Part shown: in pieces, positions 1 through 8,745 of the stretch
How the letters are laid out: each line of letters begins with the position of its first letter
Numbering within the stretch: position 1 is the stretch's first letter
From: Candidatus Uhrbacteria bacterium
GTDB taxonomy: Bacteria > Patescibacteriota > Patescibacteriia > UBA9934 > GWF2-40-263
NCBI GenBank assembly: GCA_016188495.1
Contig: JACPHU010000028.1
Coordinates: forward strand, 38,325-102,324
Reading direction: 5' to 3'
DNA length: 64,000 nucleotides
Notes under the pieces: model-generated
Seen by the model: only the letters and a program-made list of their open reading frames with translations
Database searches by the model: none
What the model was told of the DNA's origin: nothing
Position numbers and translations under genes: made by a program

Positions 1-534
1 CTGGGGCGGAACGTACCCTGCCTTATTCAAGAGGAGATTCTTGAGACGAAGGCTATAGGTCATAATTTCTCCCAGGTTTTGTTTGAGAGAATTCAGAATC
101 GACATGGTTACAAGGAAGCAGCAGGCCGTTCCGCCGATGCATATCGTTGTGAACCAGTCATGGTCGTAGATCATGATGGTAACGAGCATTACAATCCAAG
201 AGAGAAGAGTCACAGTGTTGCTCGCTAGTTCCACTGTGAGAACCTTTTTTTTATAACTTCCCATGTTGTATTCCAGAAGGACTTCCTGGAAACACAGTTC
301 CAGCTCATGTGGTCGATTGGCCAACAGCAGGAGTCTTTTCATTGTCTTTGCTGCAAGCGCTTCAGGAACAGAGTTGCACAGCTTGATCGCACGATCGATA
401 TTGTTCGCCAATACCAACTTTTCGATCTGTTCGTAAAACGTTGTTATCTGGATTTTTGTCCTCAGATAACCTATCGTAATCCCGATCGAGGTAGCCATGT
501 TGAGAAGCAGAATTAAACCGGCGATAATGTTCAC
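1..534 (-). CDS. Hypothetical multi-pass membrane protein; C-terminus runs off the window edge
   Basis: Minus-strand frame is open from a GTG at 534 to position 1. AAGGAG sits 6 nt upstream (535-546 on plus). Translation VNIIAGLILLLNMATSIGITIGY...MGSYKKKVLTVELASNTVTLLSWIVMLVTIMIYD is hydrophobic and helical. The ORF track misses it because it has no stop in the window; the track's 307..516 (+) is likely spurious. Confidence 0.35.
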   Translation of the reverse strand, partial: MNIIAGLILLLNMATSIGITIGYLRTKIQITTFYEQIEKLVLANNIDRAIKLCNSVPEALAAKTMKRLLLLANRPHELELCFQEVLLEYNMGSYKKKVLTVELASNTVTLLSWIVMLVTIMIYDHDWFTTICIGGTACCFLVTMSILNSLKQNLGEIMTYSLRLKNLLLNKAGYVPPQ

Positions 535-635
535 GAACGACTCCTTGTTTGAGTGTTTTCTTATCCTACACATGTACGATAAGGTGACGATAATAGGTTG
601 TTTTTGACATTTTGTCAACAGTTCTCATTGGACAA

Positions 636-664
636 TTGACATTTTACCCCTCTTCTATTACACT
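636..664 (+). promoter_or_regulatory. Putative sigma70-like promoter for rpmA
   Basis: TTGACA at 636-641, a 17-nt spacer, then TACACT at 659-664, about 34 nt before the rpmA ATG. A second TTGACA at 605 is part of the inverted repeat TTGACA-TTT-TGTCAA. Confidence 0.3.
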
Positions 665-697
665 TTTGCACGAAATCATTTCTTACTCTTACTCTCT

Positions 698-982
698 ATG
701 GCACATAAAAAGGCGGGTGGATCCACATCGCTTGGCCGTGATTCCCAGGGAAAACGCCTCGGCGTTAAAACGGGAGACGGGTCAAGCGCTCGAGCCGGAC
801 AAATTCTTGTCCGACAACGCGGAACAAAGATTCACCCAGGAAAAAACGTTCGAATCGGTGGTGATGACACGCTCTACGCAGCTGTGGGCGGAATCGTAAA
901 ATTTACACAAAAGAAAAAGGCAAATTTTCACGGAGCTCTCAAGCAACGCGTGTTTGCCAACGTTGAAGAATGGAAAAAGTAA
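698..982 (+). CDS. rpmA: 50S ribosomal protein L27
   Basis: N-terminus [24 protein letters not shown] and [28 protein letters not shown] are canonical L27; 94 aa. Confidence 0.9.
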   Translation: MAHKKAGGSTSLGRDSQGKRLGVKTGDGSSARAGQILVRQRGTKIHPGKNVRIGGDDTLYAAVGGIVKFTQKKKANFHGALKQRVFANVEEWKK

Positions 983-986
983 ATTA

Positions 987-1018
987 AAAAAACATTGCCT
1001 AGGCAATGTTTTTTTGTT
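987..1018 (+). terminator. Rho-independent terminator after rpmA
   Basis: Perfect hairpin AAACATTGCC-TA-GGCAATGTTT followed by TTTTTTGTTTG. Confidence 0.6.
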
Positions 1019-1055
1019 TGATTTGGATGAGAAAAAAAGCTACTATAAAATAACT

Positions 1056-1295
1056 ATGAACGAATCTATTGAACAGCAAATTGAAAAAGTATTAGAACAG
1101 GTTCGTCCTGCGTTGAGAATGGATGGGGGAGGAATCGATCTTATTTCTTTTAATCCAGAGACAGGCGTTGTCCAGGTACGCATGAAAGGTGCTTGCGTAG
1201 GATGCCCTATGTCTGAAATCACGCTAAAGATGGGGGTTGAAGCGGCTTTATGCGACGCACTTCCTGAAGTCAAGGAAGTCGTGACGGTTGAGTAG
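1056..1295 (+). CDS. NifU-like (Nfu-type) Fe-S cluster assembly domain protein
   Basis: Translation from the ATG at 1056 (MNESIEQQIEKVLEQVRPALRMDGGGIDLISF...GACVGCPMSEITLK) matches the NifU C-terminal domain with its CxxC motif. The track's start at 954 precedes the terminator and is unlikely. Confidence 0.65.
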   Translation: MNESIEQQIEKVLEQVRPALRMDGGGIDLISFNPETGVVQVRMKGACVGCPMSEITLKMGVEAALCDALPEVKEVVTVE

Positions 1296-1315
1296 ACGTT
1301 TTTTAACATTGTCTT

Positions 1316-1717
1316 GTGTCTATTCATCGCCATAAAAAAGCGCTTCAGGAAATCTGGAAGTCGTTCAAGCGAATGTTCGTAAAGAATCGATTAGTGCCTT
1401 ATACCACGGCGCTTTCCGTTCTTTTTTTATCCATTACATTTGCTCTTCCTGTGTGGCGTCTTTTGCCATTGGCAGAGCAGTCTCCTTTTATTGCTTTGCA
1501 TTATAATATTTATTTAGGTGTCGATCGTTTCGGACCGGTGTATCAGGTTTTTTTCTTGCCGGGTGTGGGTATTTTTTTTCTTTTGTTAAATCTTTTTATT
1601 CAAGCACGCGCTTACAAAAACCAAAAAATGCTTTCGCTTTTTTTTGCATCAGCCACTCCTTTGCTTGAATTTATTTTGTGTGCAGCAATGGTGTTGATTG
1701 TTTTGACCAATATATGA
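1316..1717 (+). CDS. Hypothetical integral membrane protein
   Basis: 133-aa ORF with three or four hydrophobic helices (LSVLFLSITFALPVWRLL, FFLPGVGIFFLLLNLFI, LEFILCAAMVLIVL). Its end overlaps the mraY start. Confidence 0.35.
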   Translation: MSIHRHKKALQEIWKSFKRMFVKNRLVPYTTALSVLFLSITFALPVWRLLPLAEQSPFIALHYNIYLGVDRFGPVYQVFFLPGVGIFFLLLNLFIQARAYKNQKMLSLFFASATPLLEFILCAAMVLIVLTNI

Positions 1718-2769
1718 CCCTGGAATCGTTTGAAATTGTACGTGTTCTTTTACTCAGCGCGATTGCGTTTTTGGTGGCATTTGCCTGGGCTCCCTTATTG
1801 ATTCGCGGTTTGGAACATTGGAAGGTCGGCAAGTCGATTCGTACATCCAAAGACGCTCCCGTCTTTGCCAAGCTTCACGAAAAAAAACGAGGAACTCCTA
1901 CTATGGGTGGGATACTGGTGTGGGGAACTGTTTTAGTTCTGGCTGTCGTCTTTTATTATGTGACCCCCTTTCTTTCCCCGGACTCTCTTTTTGCGCGTCT
2001 TAATTTTTTGAGCCGATCTGAAACGCTGCTTCCGCTTGGTGCGTTTGTGGCTTCAGCCATCGTGGGATTTATTGATGACTATTTTAATGTCCGAGGGATC
2101 GGTCCAAAGGGTGGGGGACTTCGGATGCGCCATCGCATATTGATTTATACCGTGATTGCCCTTGTCGGAGCTTGGTGGTTTCGTGTCAAGCTCGATTGGG
2201 ATCTTTTGCATATTCCGTTTGTGGGAGATTTCAATATCGGGTTTTGGTATGTCCCTTTTTTCCTTTTTGTCATCGTTGCCACAGCTTTTTCTGTTAACGA
2301 AACGGATGGATTGGACGGGTTAGCTGGCGGAACTCTGTTAACTTCCTTTGGTGCCTACGCTATCATCGCTTTCGCTCAAGGGCACTATGACCTCGCCGCT
2401 TTTTGCGGAGTGATTCTCGGAGCCTTACTGGCTTTTCTGTGGTTCAACATTCATCCCGCTCGATTTTTTATGGGAGATACGGGAGCTATGTCTTTAGGAG
2501 TTACGTTAGGCATTGTCGCAATGCTTACTAATTCCGCGCTCTTTTTACCGATCATCGGATTTATTTTCGTCTTAGAATCTCTTTCCGTCATTGTTCAGCT
2601 AACGTCCCGAAAGGTTTTTAACAAACGTCTTTTTAAATCTTCACCCGTGCATCATCATTTAGAAGCGATCGGATGGCCAGAACCACAAATTGTGATGCGT
2701 GCCTGGGTCATTTCCATGATCGCTGCAGCGGTGGGCGTCTCATTAGTCTTGCTCGACGTGTTAATTTAG
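1714..2769 (+). CDS. mraY: Phospho-N-acetylmuramoyl-pentapeptide transferase
   Basis: Motifs PTMGGIL, DDYFNVRGIGPKGGGL, NETDGLDGLAGG, HPARFFMGDTGAMSLG and HHHLE. Start taken at the ATG at 1714 (MTLESFEIV); the track start at 1678 adds a Cys-rich non-MraY N-terminus. Confidence 0.9.
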   Translation: MTLESFEIVRVLLLSAIAFLVAFAWAPLLIRGLEHWKVGKSIRTSKDAPVFAKLHEKKRGTPTMGGILVWGTVLVLAVVFYYVTPFLSPDSLFARLNFLSRSETLLPLGAFVASAIVGFIDDYFNVRGIGPKGGGLRMRHRILIYTVIALVGAWWFRVKLDWDLLHIPFVGDFNIGFWYVPFFLFVIVATAFSVNETDGLDGLAGGTLLTSFGAYAIIAFAQGHYDLAAFCGVILGALLAFLWFNIHPARFFMGDTGAMSLGVTLGIVAMLTNSALFLPIIGFIFVLESLSVIVQLTSRKVFNKRLFKSSPVHHHLEAIGWPEPQIVMRAWVISMIAAAVGVSLVLLDVLI

Positions 2770-2807
2770 ATTTTTTTATTCCACCACTTCACCATTTTTT
2801 ATACCCC

Positions 2808-3914
2808 ATGAATCGTCCATCCGGTACCATCGATTATCTTTTCCTCCTGATCATCGGCGTGATCATTCTTTTTGGATTAGTGATGTTACTCTCCGCCACA
2901 GCTCCCAATGGATATTCAGAATTTGGAGACAGTTATTATTTTATAAAGCACCAAATTATTTTCGGATTGATTCCAGGTATCGGAGCTCTTCTTGTTTTTT
3001 CTCGAATTCCCTATACCTTTTGGCATAAATACGCATGGAATTTTTTGATTTTTTCTATCATTCTATTGGTTCTCGTGTTTATTCCCGGACTTGCAGCCGG
3101 TATTGGTTCAGCTCATAGCTGGATTTCTATTGGTGGTCTTTTTTCTTTGCAACCTTCTGAAATTGTAAAATTGACCTTTCTTTTTTATCTTGCCGCTTGG
3201 CTTGCCGGACGTGACAAGCAGAGTGTGCGCGACGTGCATTCTGGTTTTCTTCCGTTCGTCCTTGTGCTTGGAGCCATTACCCTTCTGATGATTCTTCAGC
3301 CGGACGTTGGAACCATGTCTATTATCGGGGCCATGGCACTGGTTGTTTACTTCGTGGCCGGCGCTCCTATTGCCTATATTTCAGGTCTTATTATGGCCGG
3401 AATCGCCGCTCTGACTCTTTTGATTACCGCAGCTCCGTATCGTGCAGCTCGCTTTACTACGTTTCTTCACCCGGAACTTGATCCCCAAGGAATCGGTTAC
3501 CATATCAACCAAGCGCTTTTAGCTATCGGATCAGGAGGGTTTTTTGGTCTGGGATACGGGCATTCCCGCCAGAAGTTCCAGTATCTTCCCGAGGTGGCAG
3601 GAGATTCGATTTTTGCCGTTGTCAGCGAGGAAATGGGATTTATCATTGCCACGATGACCATTGTTCTTTTTTTGATTTTTTTGTGGCGGATTTTGGAAAT
3701 CGCAAAACACGCTCCGGATCCTTTTGCAAAGTATGTGGTCGTAGGCATCGGAGCCTGGATTGTCATTCAGGCCTTTGTGAACATCGGATCTATGGTGGCT
3801 CTCATGCCTATTACGGGCGTTCCATTGCCATTTATTAGTTATGGTGGAACGTCTTTAGCCATTTCTCTTGCAGCCATGGGCGTGATCTTGAATATTTCTC
3901 GTTACAGAAAATAA
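2808..3914 (+). CDS. ftsW: SEDS-family peptidoglycan glycosyltransferase FtsW/RodA
   Basis: Ten-TM topology with motifs LQPSE, GYHINQALLAIGSGGFFGLGYGHS, LPEVAGDSIFA and PFISYGGTSL. It sits between mraY and murG. Start at the ATG at 2808 (MNRPSG). Confidence 0.85.
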   Translation: MNRPSGTIDYLFLLIIGVIILFGLVMLLSATAPNGYSEFGDSYYFIKHQIIFGLIPGIGALLVFSRIPYTFWHKYAWNFLIFSIILLVLVFIPGLAAGIGSAHSWISIGGLFSLQPSEIVKLTFLFYLAAWLAGRDKQSVRDVHSGFLPFVLVLGAITLLMILQPDVGTMSIIGAMALVVYFVAGAPIAYISGLIMAGIAALTLLITAAPYRAARFTTFLHPELDPQGIGYHINQALLAIGSGGFFGLGYGHSRQKFQYLPEVAGDSIFAVVSEEMGFIIATMTIVLFLIFLWRILEIAKHAPDPFAKYVVVGIGAWIVIQAFVNIGSMVALMPITGVPLPFISYGGTSLAISLAAMGVILNISRYRK

Positions 3915-3961
3915 AAACCGCGTCCTGACAACTTGTCAGAACGCGGAAGACGTTCGCTTGG

Positions 3962-4270
3962 CTAGAACGAGTTGAGCCAGGCGAGGGAGATAATTGTGCT
4001 TACGAAGGCGAGTATGCCGGATAATGTGTTTCCGGCTATGTCCTCCGCACAACCCAGATAGTCTTCTCTTTTGGTCATCCTTACGATCAGGATCCCCAAC
4101 AGAATAGAGGACACAAACGCCACTATCTCGAAGACTTTGAAGACTTCTTTCGGAGACTGGTTGGATGCTACCATCAGAAATGACCAACAGATGTTGACTG
4201 TCCCGATAGCGATCATCATCCAAAAGGCGTAGTCCGTAACGATGCGGACAATGTTTCCAACTTTTTTCAT
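3962..4270 (-). CDS. Hypothetical small membrane protein
   Basis: 102 aa with three hydrophobic helices; convergent with ftsW; no recognisable motif. Confidence 0.35.
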   Translation of the reverse strand: MKKVGNIVRIVTDYAFWMMIAIGTVNICWSFLMVASNQSPKEVFKVFEIVAFVSSILLGILIVRMTKREDYLGCAEDIAGNTLSGILAFVSTIISLAWLNSF

Positions 4271-4361
4271 CGGAGTCTCCTATGTATGACGAGAATGTTT
4301 TAACACCTTGAATCAGAAACCAAGCATAATACTCTAAAATACCCATTTTGTCAATAGATTT

Positions 4362-5420
4362 ATGAAAGTTTTATTTACCGGGGGAGGAACGATGGGGCCT
4401 GTTACACCGCTTTTAGCGGTATACGAGGCTTGGAAAAAACGAGATTCTACTCTTGAGGTTTTATGGGCCGGAACCGCTCATGGTCCTGAAAAATCGGTTA
4501 TTGAAGCTCAACATATTCCTTTTTATTCCTTTCCTGTTGCGAGATTTCCTCGTTATGTGACGTGGGAATGGGTTTTAGCTCCATTTCGCTTTGTTGCAGC
4601 CCTTTATAAAGCCACACAATTGTTTCGTTTTGAACAGATTGATCTTGTGGCCTCCGCCGGAGGATATACCGCCGTTCCAGTGATTCTCGCGGCAAAAATA
4701 TACGGAGTAAAAATTTGGGTCCATCAGCAAGATGCCGAAATTCTTTTCACGAATCGTCTGACGGCTCCTTTGGCCGATTATCTGACGGTTGCCTGGGAAC
4801 GAAACAAAAAAGAGTTTGGATCCAAGGCGCGTTTAGTCGGAAATCCTGTCCGTTCCAGCGTCTTGCTTGGTTCCAAAGACCGAGGACTTGAACGATTTTT
4901 ATTAGATTCTACAAAACCCACCGTTCTGGTTTTTGGCGGGGGAGGGGGAGCTGTTTGGCTTAATCGTCTTGTACAAGAGATTGTTCCCAAGCTAGTCCAA
5001 CAAACAAATGTTATTCACATCACGGGCAAAGGAAAGAATCAAACAGGTTTTGAACACCAAAATTATTATGTTTGTGAATTTTTGGATAAGGACATGGCGG
5101 ATGCCTATGCTCTGACTGATCTTGTTGTTTGTCGTGCGGGACTGGGAACCATTACAGAATTATCCGCTCTTGCAAAACCAGCTATTTTTATTCCCTTACC
5201 GCGTTCGGCACAAGAAATGAATGCACGCATGGTCGAGTCTTCAAGCCTTGTTCTGGATCAAACCGATGTGACTCCAGAGTTGTTGTTTGAGACCATTTTA
5301 GATCTTTTGCACGACAAGACGCGTTTGTTAGAACTGGGAGAAAAACTTCACCGGGTTTTACGCACAGATGTCGCAGATGAGCTCGTCGATCTGTTATCTA
5401 ATAAAAAACAAGCTTCTTAA
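4362..5420 (+). CDS. murG: Undecaprenyldiphospho-muramoylpentapeptide beta-N-acetylglucosaminyltransferase
   Basis: MKVLFTGGGTMGPVTPLLAV N-terminal G-loop, GT-B fold length (352 aa), and C-terminal motifs VVCRAGLGTITELSALAKPAIFIPLP. Confidence 0.85.
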   Translation: MKVLFTGGGTMGPVTPLLAVYEAWKKRDSTLEVLWAGTAHGPEKSVIEAQHIPFYSFPVARFPRYVTWEWVLAPFRFVAALYKATQLFRFEQIDLVASAGGYTAVPVILAAKIYGVKIWVHQQDAEILFTNRLTAPLADYLTVAWERNKKEFGSKARLVGNPVRSSVLLGSKDRGLERFLLDSTKPTVLVFGGGGGAVWLNRLVQEIVPKLVQQTNVIHITGKGKNQTGFEHQNYYVCEFLDKDMADAYALTDLVVCRAGLGTITELSALAKPAIFIPLPRSAQEMNARMVESSSLVLDQTDVTPELLFETILDLLHDKTRLLELGEKLHRVLRTDVADELVDLLSNKKQAS

Positions 5421-5436
5421 GAAGCTTGTTTTTTGG
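5410..5436 (+). terminator. Rho-independent terminator after murG
   Basis: 18-nt perfect palindrome AAGCTTCTTAAGAAGCTT followed by GTTTTTTGG; the stem overlaps the murG stop codon. Confidence 0.6.
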
Positions 5437-5444
5437 CCCGAGCC

Positions 5445-5537
5445 CTATTCCATTTCACCAGCACATTGGGCACATTTTTGCTCACTGTTGAGCTCGACGT
5501 CGCTTGCACCACAGGTAGTGCATGTTCCTGTTCCCAT
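5445..5537 (-). CDS. Putative 30-aa CxxC...CxxC zinc-ribbon-like peptide
   Basis: The minus strand encodes MGTGTCTTCGASDVELNSEQKCAQCAGEME with two CxxC pairs. It is too short for the ORF track, has no clear SD, and is speculative. Confidence 0.2.
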   Translation of the reverse strand: MGTGTCTTCGASDVELNSEQKCAQCAGEME

Positions 5538-5666
5538 AGAGATATGTGATTATGAATTAACCATTAAAGTATAGGCCTGTAACGGATCTCTTGCAATTAT
5601 TGAAACAGACTGCTATATTTTTGACCGTTATAGAAGTATTTTTTATTACCTACACTGTGTCTGTGT

Positions 5667-5796
5667 GGAATTCTTTCAAAATTTGATGAGATTGCCTTGA
5701 ACGGGCTGGCAGCCCCAGAAGACGTACCCAAACGTACGTCTTCTGGGGTGCCTGGGTGCCCGTGAAAGGCAAGATCGCAAATTTTGAAAGAATTCC
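5667..5796 (-). repeat. Copy C of a ~130-nt palindromic repeat element family (minus orientation), 7 nt upstream of tRNA-Lys
   Basis: The reverse complement aligns with copies at 25678, 37566 and 7644. Shared cores are CGATCTTGCCTTTCACGGGC and GCCCGTTCAAGGCAATCTCATC. The terminal stem GGAATTCTTTCAAAATTTG/CAAATTTTGAAAGAATTCC covaries with GAGATCTTTGCAAAACTCG/CGAGTTTTGCAAAGATCTC in the other copies. An internal 15-bp hairpin CCCCAGAAGACGTAC/GTACGTCTTCTGGGG occupies the position of the CCCTAT/ATAGGG hairpin in copies A and B. Confidence 0.6.
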
Positions 5797-5803
5797 TCTA
5801 TGA

Positions 5804-5878
5804 GCGCTGGTAGCTCAGGGGTAGAGCAAGAGCCTTTTAAGCTCGTGGTCGCGGGTTCAAATCCCGCCCAGCGCACCA
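5804..5878 (+). tRNA. tRNA-Lys (anticodon TTT)
   Basis: Cloverleaf: acceptor GCGCTGG/CCAGCGC, D-arm GCTC-AGGGGTA-GAGC, anticodon stem AGAGC/GCTCG with loop CTTTTAA, T-arm GCGGG-TTCAAAT-CCCGC, discriminator A and an encoded CCA. Confidence 0.9.
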
Positions 5879-5930
5879 AAAACGTTTCAGGTATCCTGGA
5901 ACGTTTTTTTATTGGTACACTATCAGCAGT

Positions 5931-8732
5931 ATGAATGAACATCTTTGGCACCACCTTCCTCAGGAAGAGATATTGAACATGCTTCACAGCTCTGAACAAG
6001 GACTCACTTCGTCTGAAGTCCTGCATCAGCAGAACCGATATGGAAAAAATGAGTTTCCAAAAGAACACATAGACGGTTGGATGTCTGTTTTTTTAAGACA
6101 GGTCAAAAGTCCTCTGATCATTATTTTGATGATGGCAGGTGTGATCAGCTTCGTTCTCCAGGAATGGGTGGATGTTTGGGTTATTTTTGCCGCTGTCCTA
6201 CTCAATACCGTCATTGGATTTGTTCAAGAGTATAAAGCGAATAAGGCGTTAGAGAATATTCAGAAGCTTGTTCAACCCCGTTCGTTTGTGTACCGCGATG
6301 GAAGAAGCATCGAAATTTTTGCAGAGGACGTTGTTCCAGGCGATCTCTTGATGTTATCGATGGGTGATCGTGTGACGGCTGATGCTCGATTGCTTGAAGC
6401 GATCGAACTGACGACCAACGAATCAGCTCTGACAGGGGAATCTTTTCCTGTGGGTAAAGAAGTCGGGCTTTGTGAAGCTCAAACCTCGTTGGCTGACAGA
6501 TCGAATATGGTTTACACAGGAACCAGCGTGATTGGCGGACGCGGACGGGCCGTGGTTGTCGCCACAGGCATGCGTACAGAGTTGGGGGTGATTGCCGGGT
6601 TGGTTGAGAGCACTGTCCAAACACAAACGCCGCTTCAGGATCAGTTAACCGTTTTAGCCAGATGGCTGGCGGGTCTTGTTTTGGTTTTGGTGACCGTTCT
6701 TTTTATCATAGGGCTTCTTTCGGGAAGGGTGATCACGGAAATGTTTGAAATGTCTGTTGCTGTTGCTGTTGCGGCAATTCCAGAAGGGCTTGTTGTGTCC
6801 GTGACGATCATTCTCGCGATCGGCATGCAAAGAATTTTGCGTCGTCGCTCGCTGGTTCGTCGTCTTGTTGCTGCGGAGACTCTGGGAAGCGTCTCGGTTA
6901 TTTGTTCAGACAAGACAGGAACTCTGACAGAAGGAGAGATGCGTGTCACCCATTTGATGCATTCTGGTCAGACGAAGATGCTCCCTTTTTCTAGAGACAA
7001 CGAATCGGATGCCATCACGAAAAAAATGTTTGAAGTGATGGCACTGTGTAATGATGCGACGTTTATTGATAGCTCGGAAGGGGAACGTATCAATGGAAGC
7101 GCGACAGAGCGAGCTTTGCTAATGGCAGCTATGGATTCGGGAATAGATCTGACAGCTGTGTTAAAAACAAATCCCCGGACAGGAGAAATTCCATTTAATA
7201 GCAGTTCTAAATTCATGGCGATTGCTTGTACTTCTGTACAAGGCATACAGTTTTTGTTGAAAGGAGCTTCCGGCCCTGTCTTGGATATGTGTACGCAGGT
7301 TCAGATTGCCGGGAACATTGTTGAATTGGATTCTCAGCAAAGGAAACAATTAGAAATTCAGGAAGGGACATTAACCCAACAGGGGATTCGCTTGCTGGCA
7401 CTGGCGTTTAAAATCCCTCTGCCTTCTGAAGGGACATTGTCACGTCAATCTCTTGGCGGTTTTACGTTTTTGGGATTTGTGGGGTTACGGGATCCTTTGC
7501 GAACGCAGGCGCGCGAGCAAATTGCATCGGCTGCGCGTGCCGGAGTACGAACGGTTCTTATCACAGGCGACCATCCACAAACCGCCCGTGCGATTGCCCA
7601 AGAGGCGGGGCTCCTGTCAGATCCTGAATCTCTCCTGGTTGTGAATGACGAAACTCGCGATCTTGCGATTTACAGGCGCCCGTCGACCCCACTCTCCCTA
7701 CGTCTGAGTAGGGTTCGTGGGGATCGACAGCCCGTAAATCGCAATCTCATCGATTTTCCTCATTCACAGCTCTTGGTTGTGGGAAGCGAGTTGGACGCCT
7801 GGAGCGATGAAGAACTTTTTCAAAAAGTTAACTTGATTGGAGTCTATGCCCGTGTTGAACCGCGCCATAAAATTCGTATTGTCAAAGCTTGGCAAGCTCG
7901 TGGAGAGGTCGTGGCCATGGTCGGGGACGGAGTCAATGACGCTCCTGCGTTGAAAACGGCTGATATCGGGGTTGCACTAGGATCTGGAACCGAGGTGGCT
8001 AAGCAAGCATCGGATTTAATCCTTCTGAACAATGATTTGGGAACGATCACGGCAGCCATTGAAGAAGGTCGGGTAATTTTTGATAACATCCGCAAAACAA
8101 GTGTCTATCTACTTGCGGATAGTTTTACGGAGCTGATTCTTATCGGAGGTTCTCTGTTGATGGGATTACCTCTTCCGTTATTGCCCGTGCAAATATTATG
8201 GATCAACCTGATCGCCGATAGTTTTCCCACCATCGGCCTTACGCTTGAGCCTCCGGAAGAAGACGTCATGCGCATCCCCCCGCGTGCCCGTACGGAACCT
8301 GTGTTGAATCGGGAAATGCTTACACTCATTTTTGTCATTGGTGTTATTACGGATCTGGTGTTGTTTGTGCTCTATTTTTGGTTATTAGGTTCCATCGAAA
8401 GCATTACCGAGGTTCGTTCTATTTTGTTTGCGGCTGTTGGTATTGATTCTCTTTTTTACGTGTTTGCCGTAAAGCGGCTGCGTACGAGTATTTTTCGCTC
8501 CAATCCTTTTTCTAACCCATGGCTCTTGTTGGGAGAGGTGATTGCTTTGTCTTTGATGCTGCTGGCACTTCTTCATCCGTTCTTCCAGGTCATTTTTGAA
8601 GTGACTCCTCTTTCCTTGTATGAGTGGATGCTATTGCTTATGATGGGAATGATTAAGCTTCTGGCGATTGAAGTCGTCAAAGAGATTTTTTTAAGAAAAA
8701 AGCCAGTGCATGCTCCTCAAGCAATAAATTAA
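5931..8732 (+). CDS. P-type cation-transporting ATPase (P2A, Ca2+/Mg2+-like)
   Basis: Motifs TGES, DKTGTLT (phosphorylation site), ITGDH and GDGVNDAPALK; 10-TM architecture; 933 aa. It contains an in-frame 46-codon insertion, listed separately. Confidence 0.85.
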   Translation: MNEHLWHHLPQEEILNMLHSSEQGLTSSEVLHQQNRYGKNEFPKEHIDGWMSVFLRQVKSPLIIILMMAGVISFVLQEWVDVWVIFAAVLLNTVIGFVQEYKANKALENIQKLVQPRSFVYRDGRSIEIFAEDVVPGDLLMLSMGDRVTADARLLEAIELTTNESALTGESFPVGKEVGLCEAQTSLADRSNMVYTGTSVIGGRGRAVVVATGMRTELGVIAGLVESTVQTQTPLQDQLTVLARWLAGLVLVLVTVLFIIGLLSGRVITEMFEMSVAVAVAAIPEGLVVSVTIILAIGMQRILRRRSLVRRLVAAETLGSVSVICSDKTGTLTEGEMRVTHLMHSGQTKMLPFSRDNESDAITKKMFEVMALCNDATFIDSSEGERINGSATERALLMAAMDSGIDLTAVLKTNPRTGEIPFNSSSKFMAIACTSVQGIQFLLKGASGPVLDMCTQVQIAGNIVELDSQQRKQLEIQEGTLTQQGIRLLALAFKIPLPSEGTLSRQSLGGFTFLGFVGLRDPLRTQAREQIASAARAGVRTVLITGDHPQTARAIAQEAGLLSDPESLLVVNDETRDLAIYRRPSTPLSLRLSRVRGDRQPVNRNLIDFPHSQLLVVGSELDAWSDEELFQKVNLIGVYARVEPRHKIRIVKAWQARGEVVAMVGDGVNDAPALKTADIGVALGSGTEVAKQASDLILLNNDLGTITAAIEEGRVIFDNIRKTSVYLLADSFTELILIGGSLLMGLPLPLLPVQILWINLIADSFPTIGLTLEPPEEDVMRIPPRARTEPVLNREMLTLIFVIGVITDLVLFVLYFWLLGSIESITEVRSILFAAVGIDSLFYVFAVKRLRTSIFRSNPFSNPWLLLGEVIALSLMLLALLHPFFQVIFEVTPLSLYEWMLLLMMGMIKLLAIEVVKEIFLRKKPVHAPQAIN
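7644..7769 (+). repeat. Copy D of the palindromic repeat element, inserted in-frame within the P-type ATPase CDS
   Basis: AAACTCGCGATCTTGC...CAGCCCGTAAATCGCAATCTCATCGATTTTCC aligns with copies A and B. Covarying internal pairs: GCGATTTAC/GTAAATCGC and CCCTAC/GTAGGG. The element plus a 12-nt direct repeat CTCYTGGTTGTG (7632-7643 and 7770-7781) totals 138 nt, or 46 codons, with no stop. It encodes NDETRDLAIYRRPSTPLSLRLSRVRGDRQPVNRNLIDFPHSQLLVV, placed where homologous ATPases have the contiguous loop LLVVGSELD..SDEEL. Confidence 0.55.
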
Positions 8733-8745
8733 CACCCATTCAACT

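Noticed and set aside
307-516. 69-aa plus-strand ORF
   Set aside because: It is fully contained within a longer minus-strand ORF (1..534) that has an AAGGAG RBS and membrane-protein character; no RBS or motif supports the plus ORF.
5676-6068. 130-aa minus-strand ORF in the track
   Set aside because: It overlaps tRNA-Lys, repeat C and the start of the ATPase gene. Its open frame reflects the stop-free frame of the palindromic element and is not a gene.
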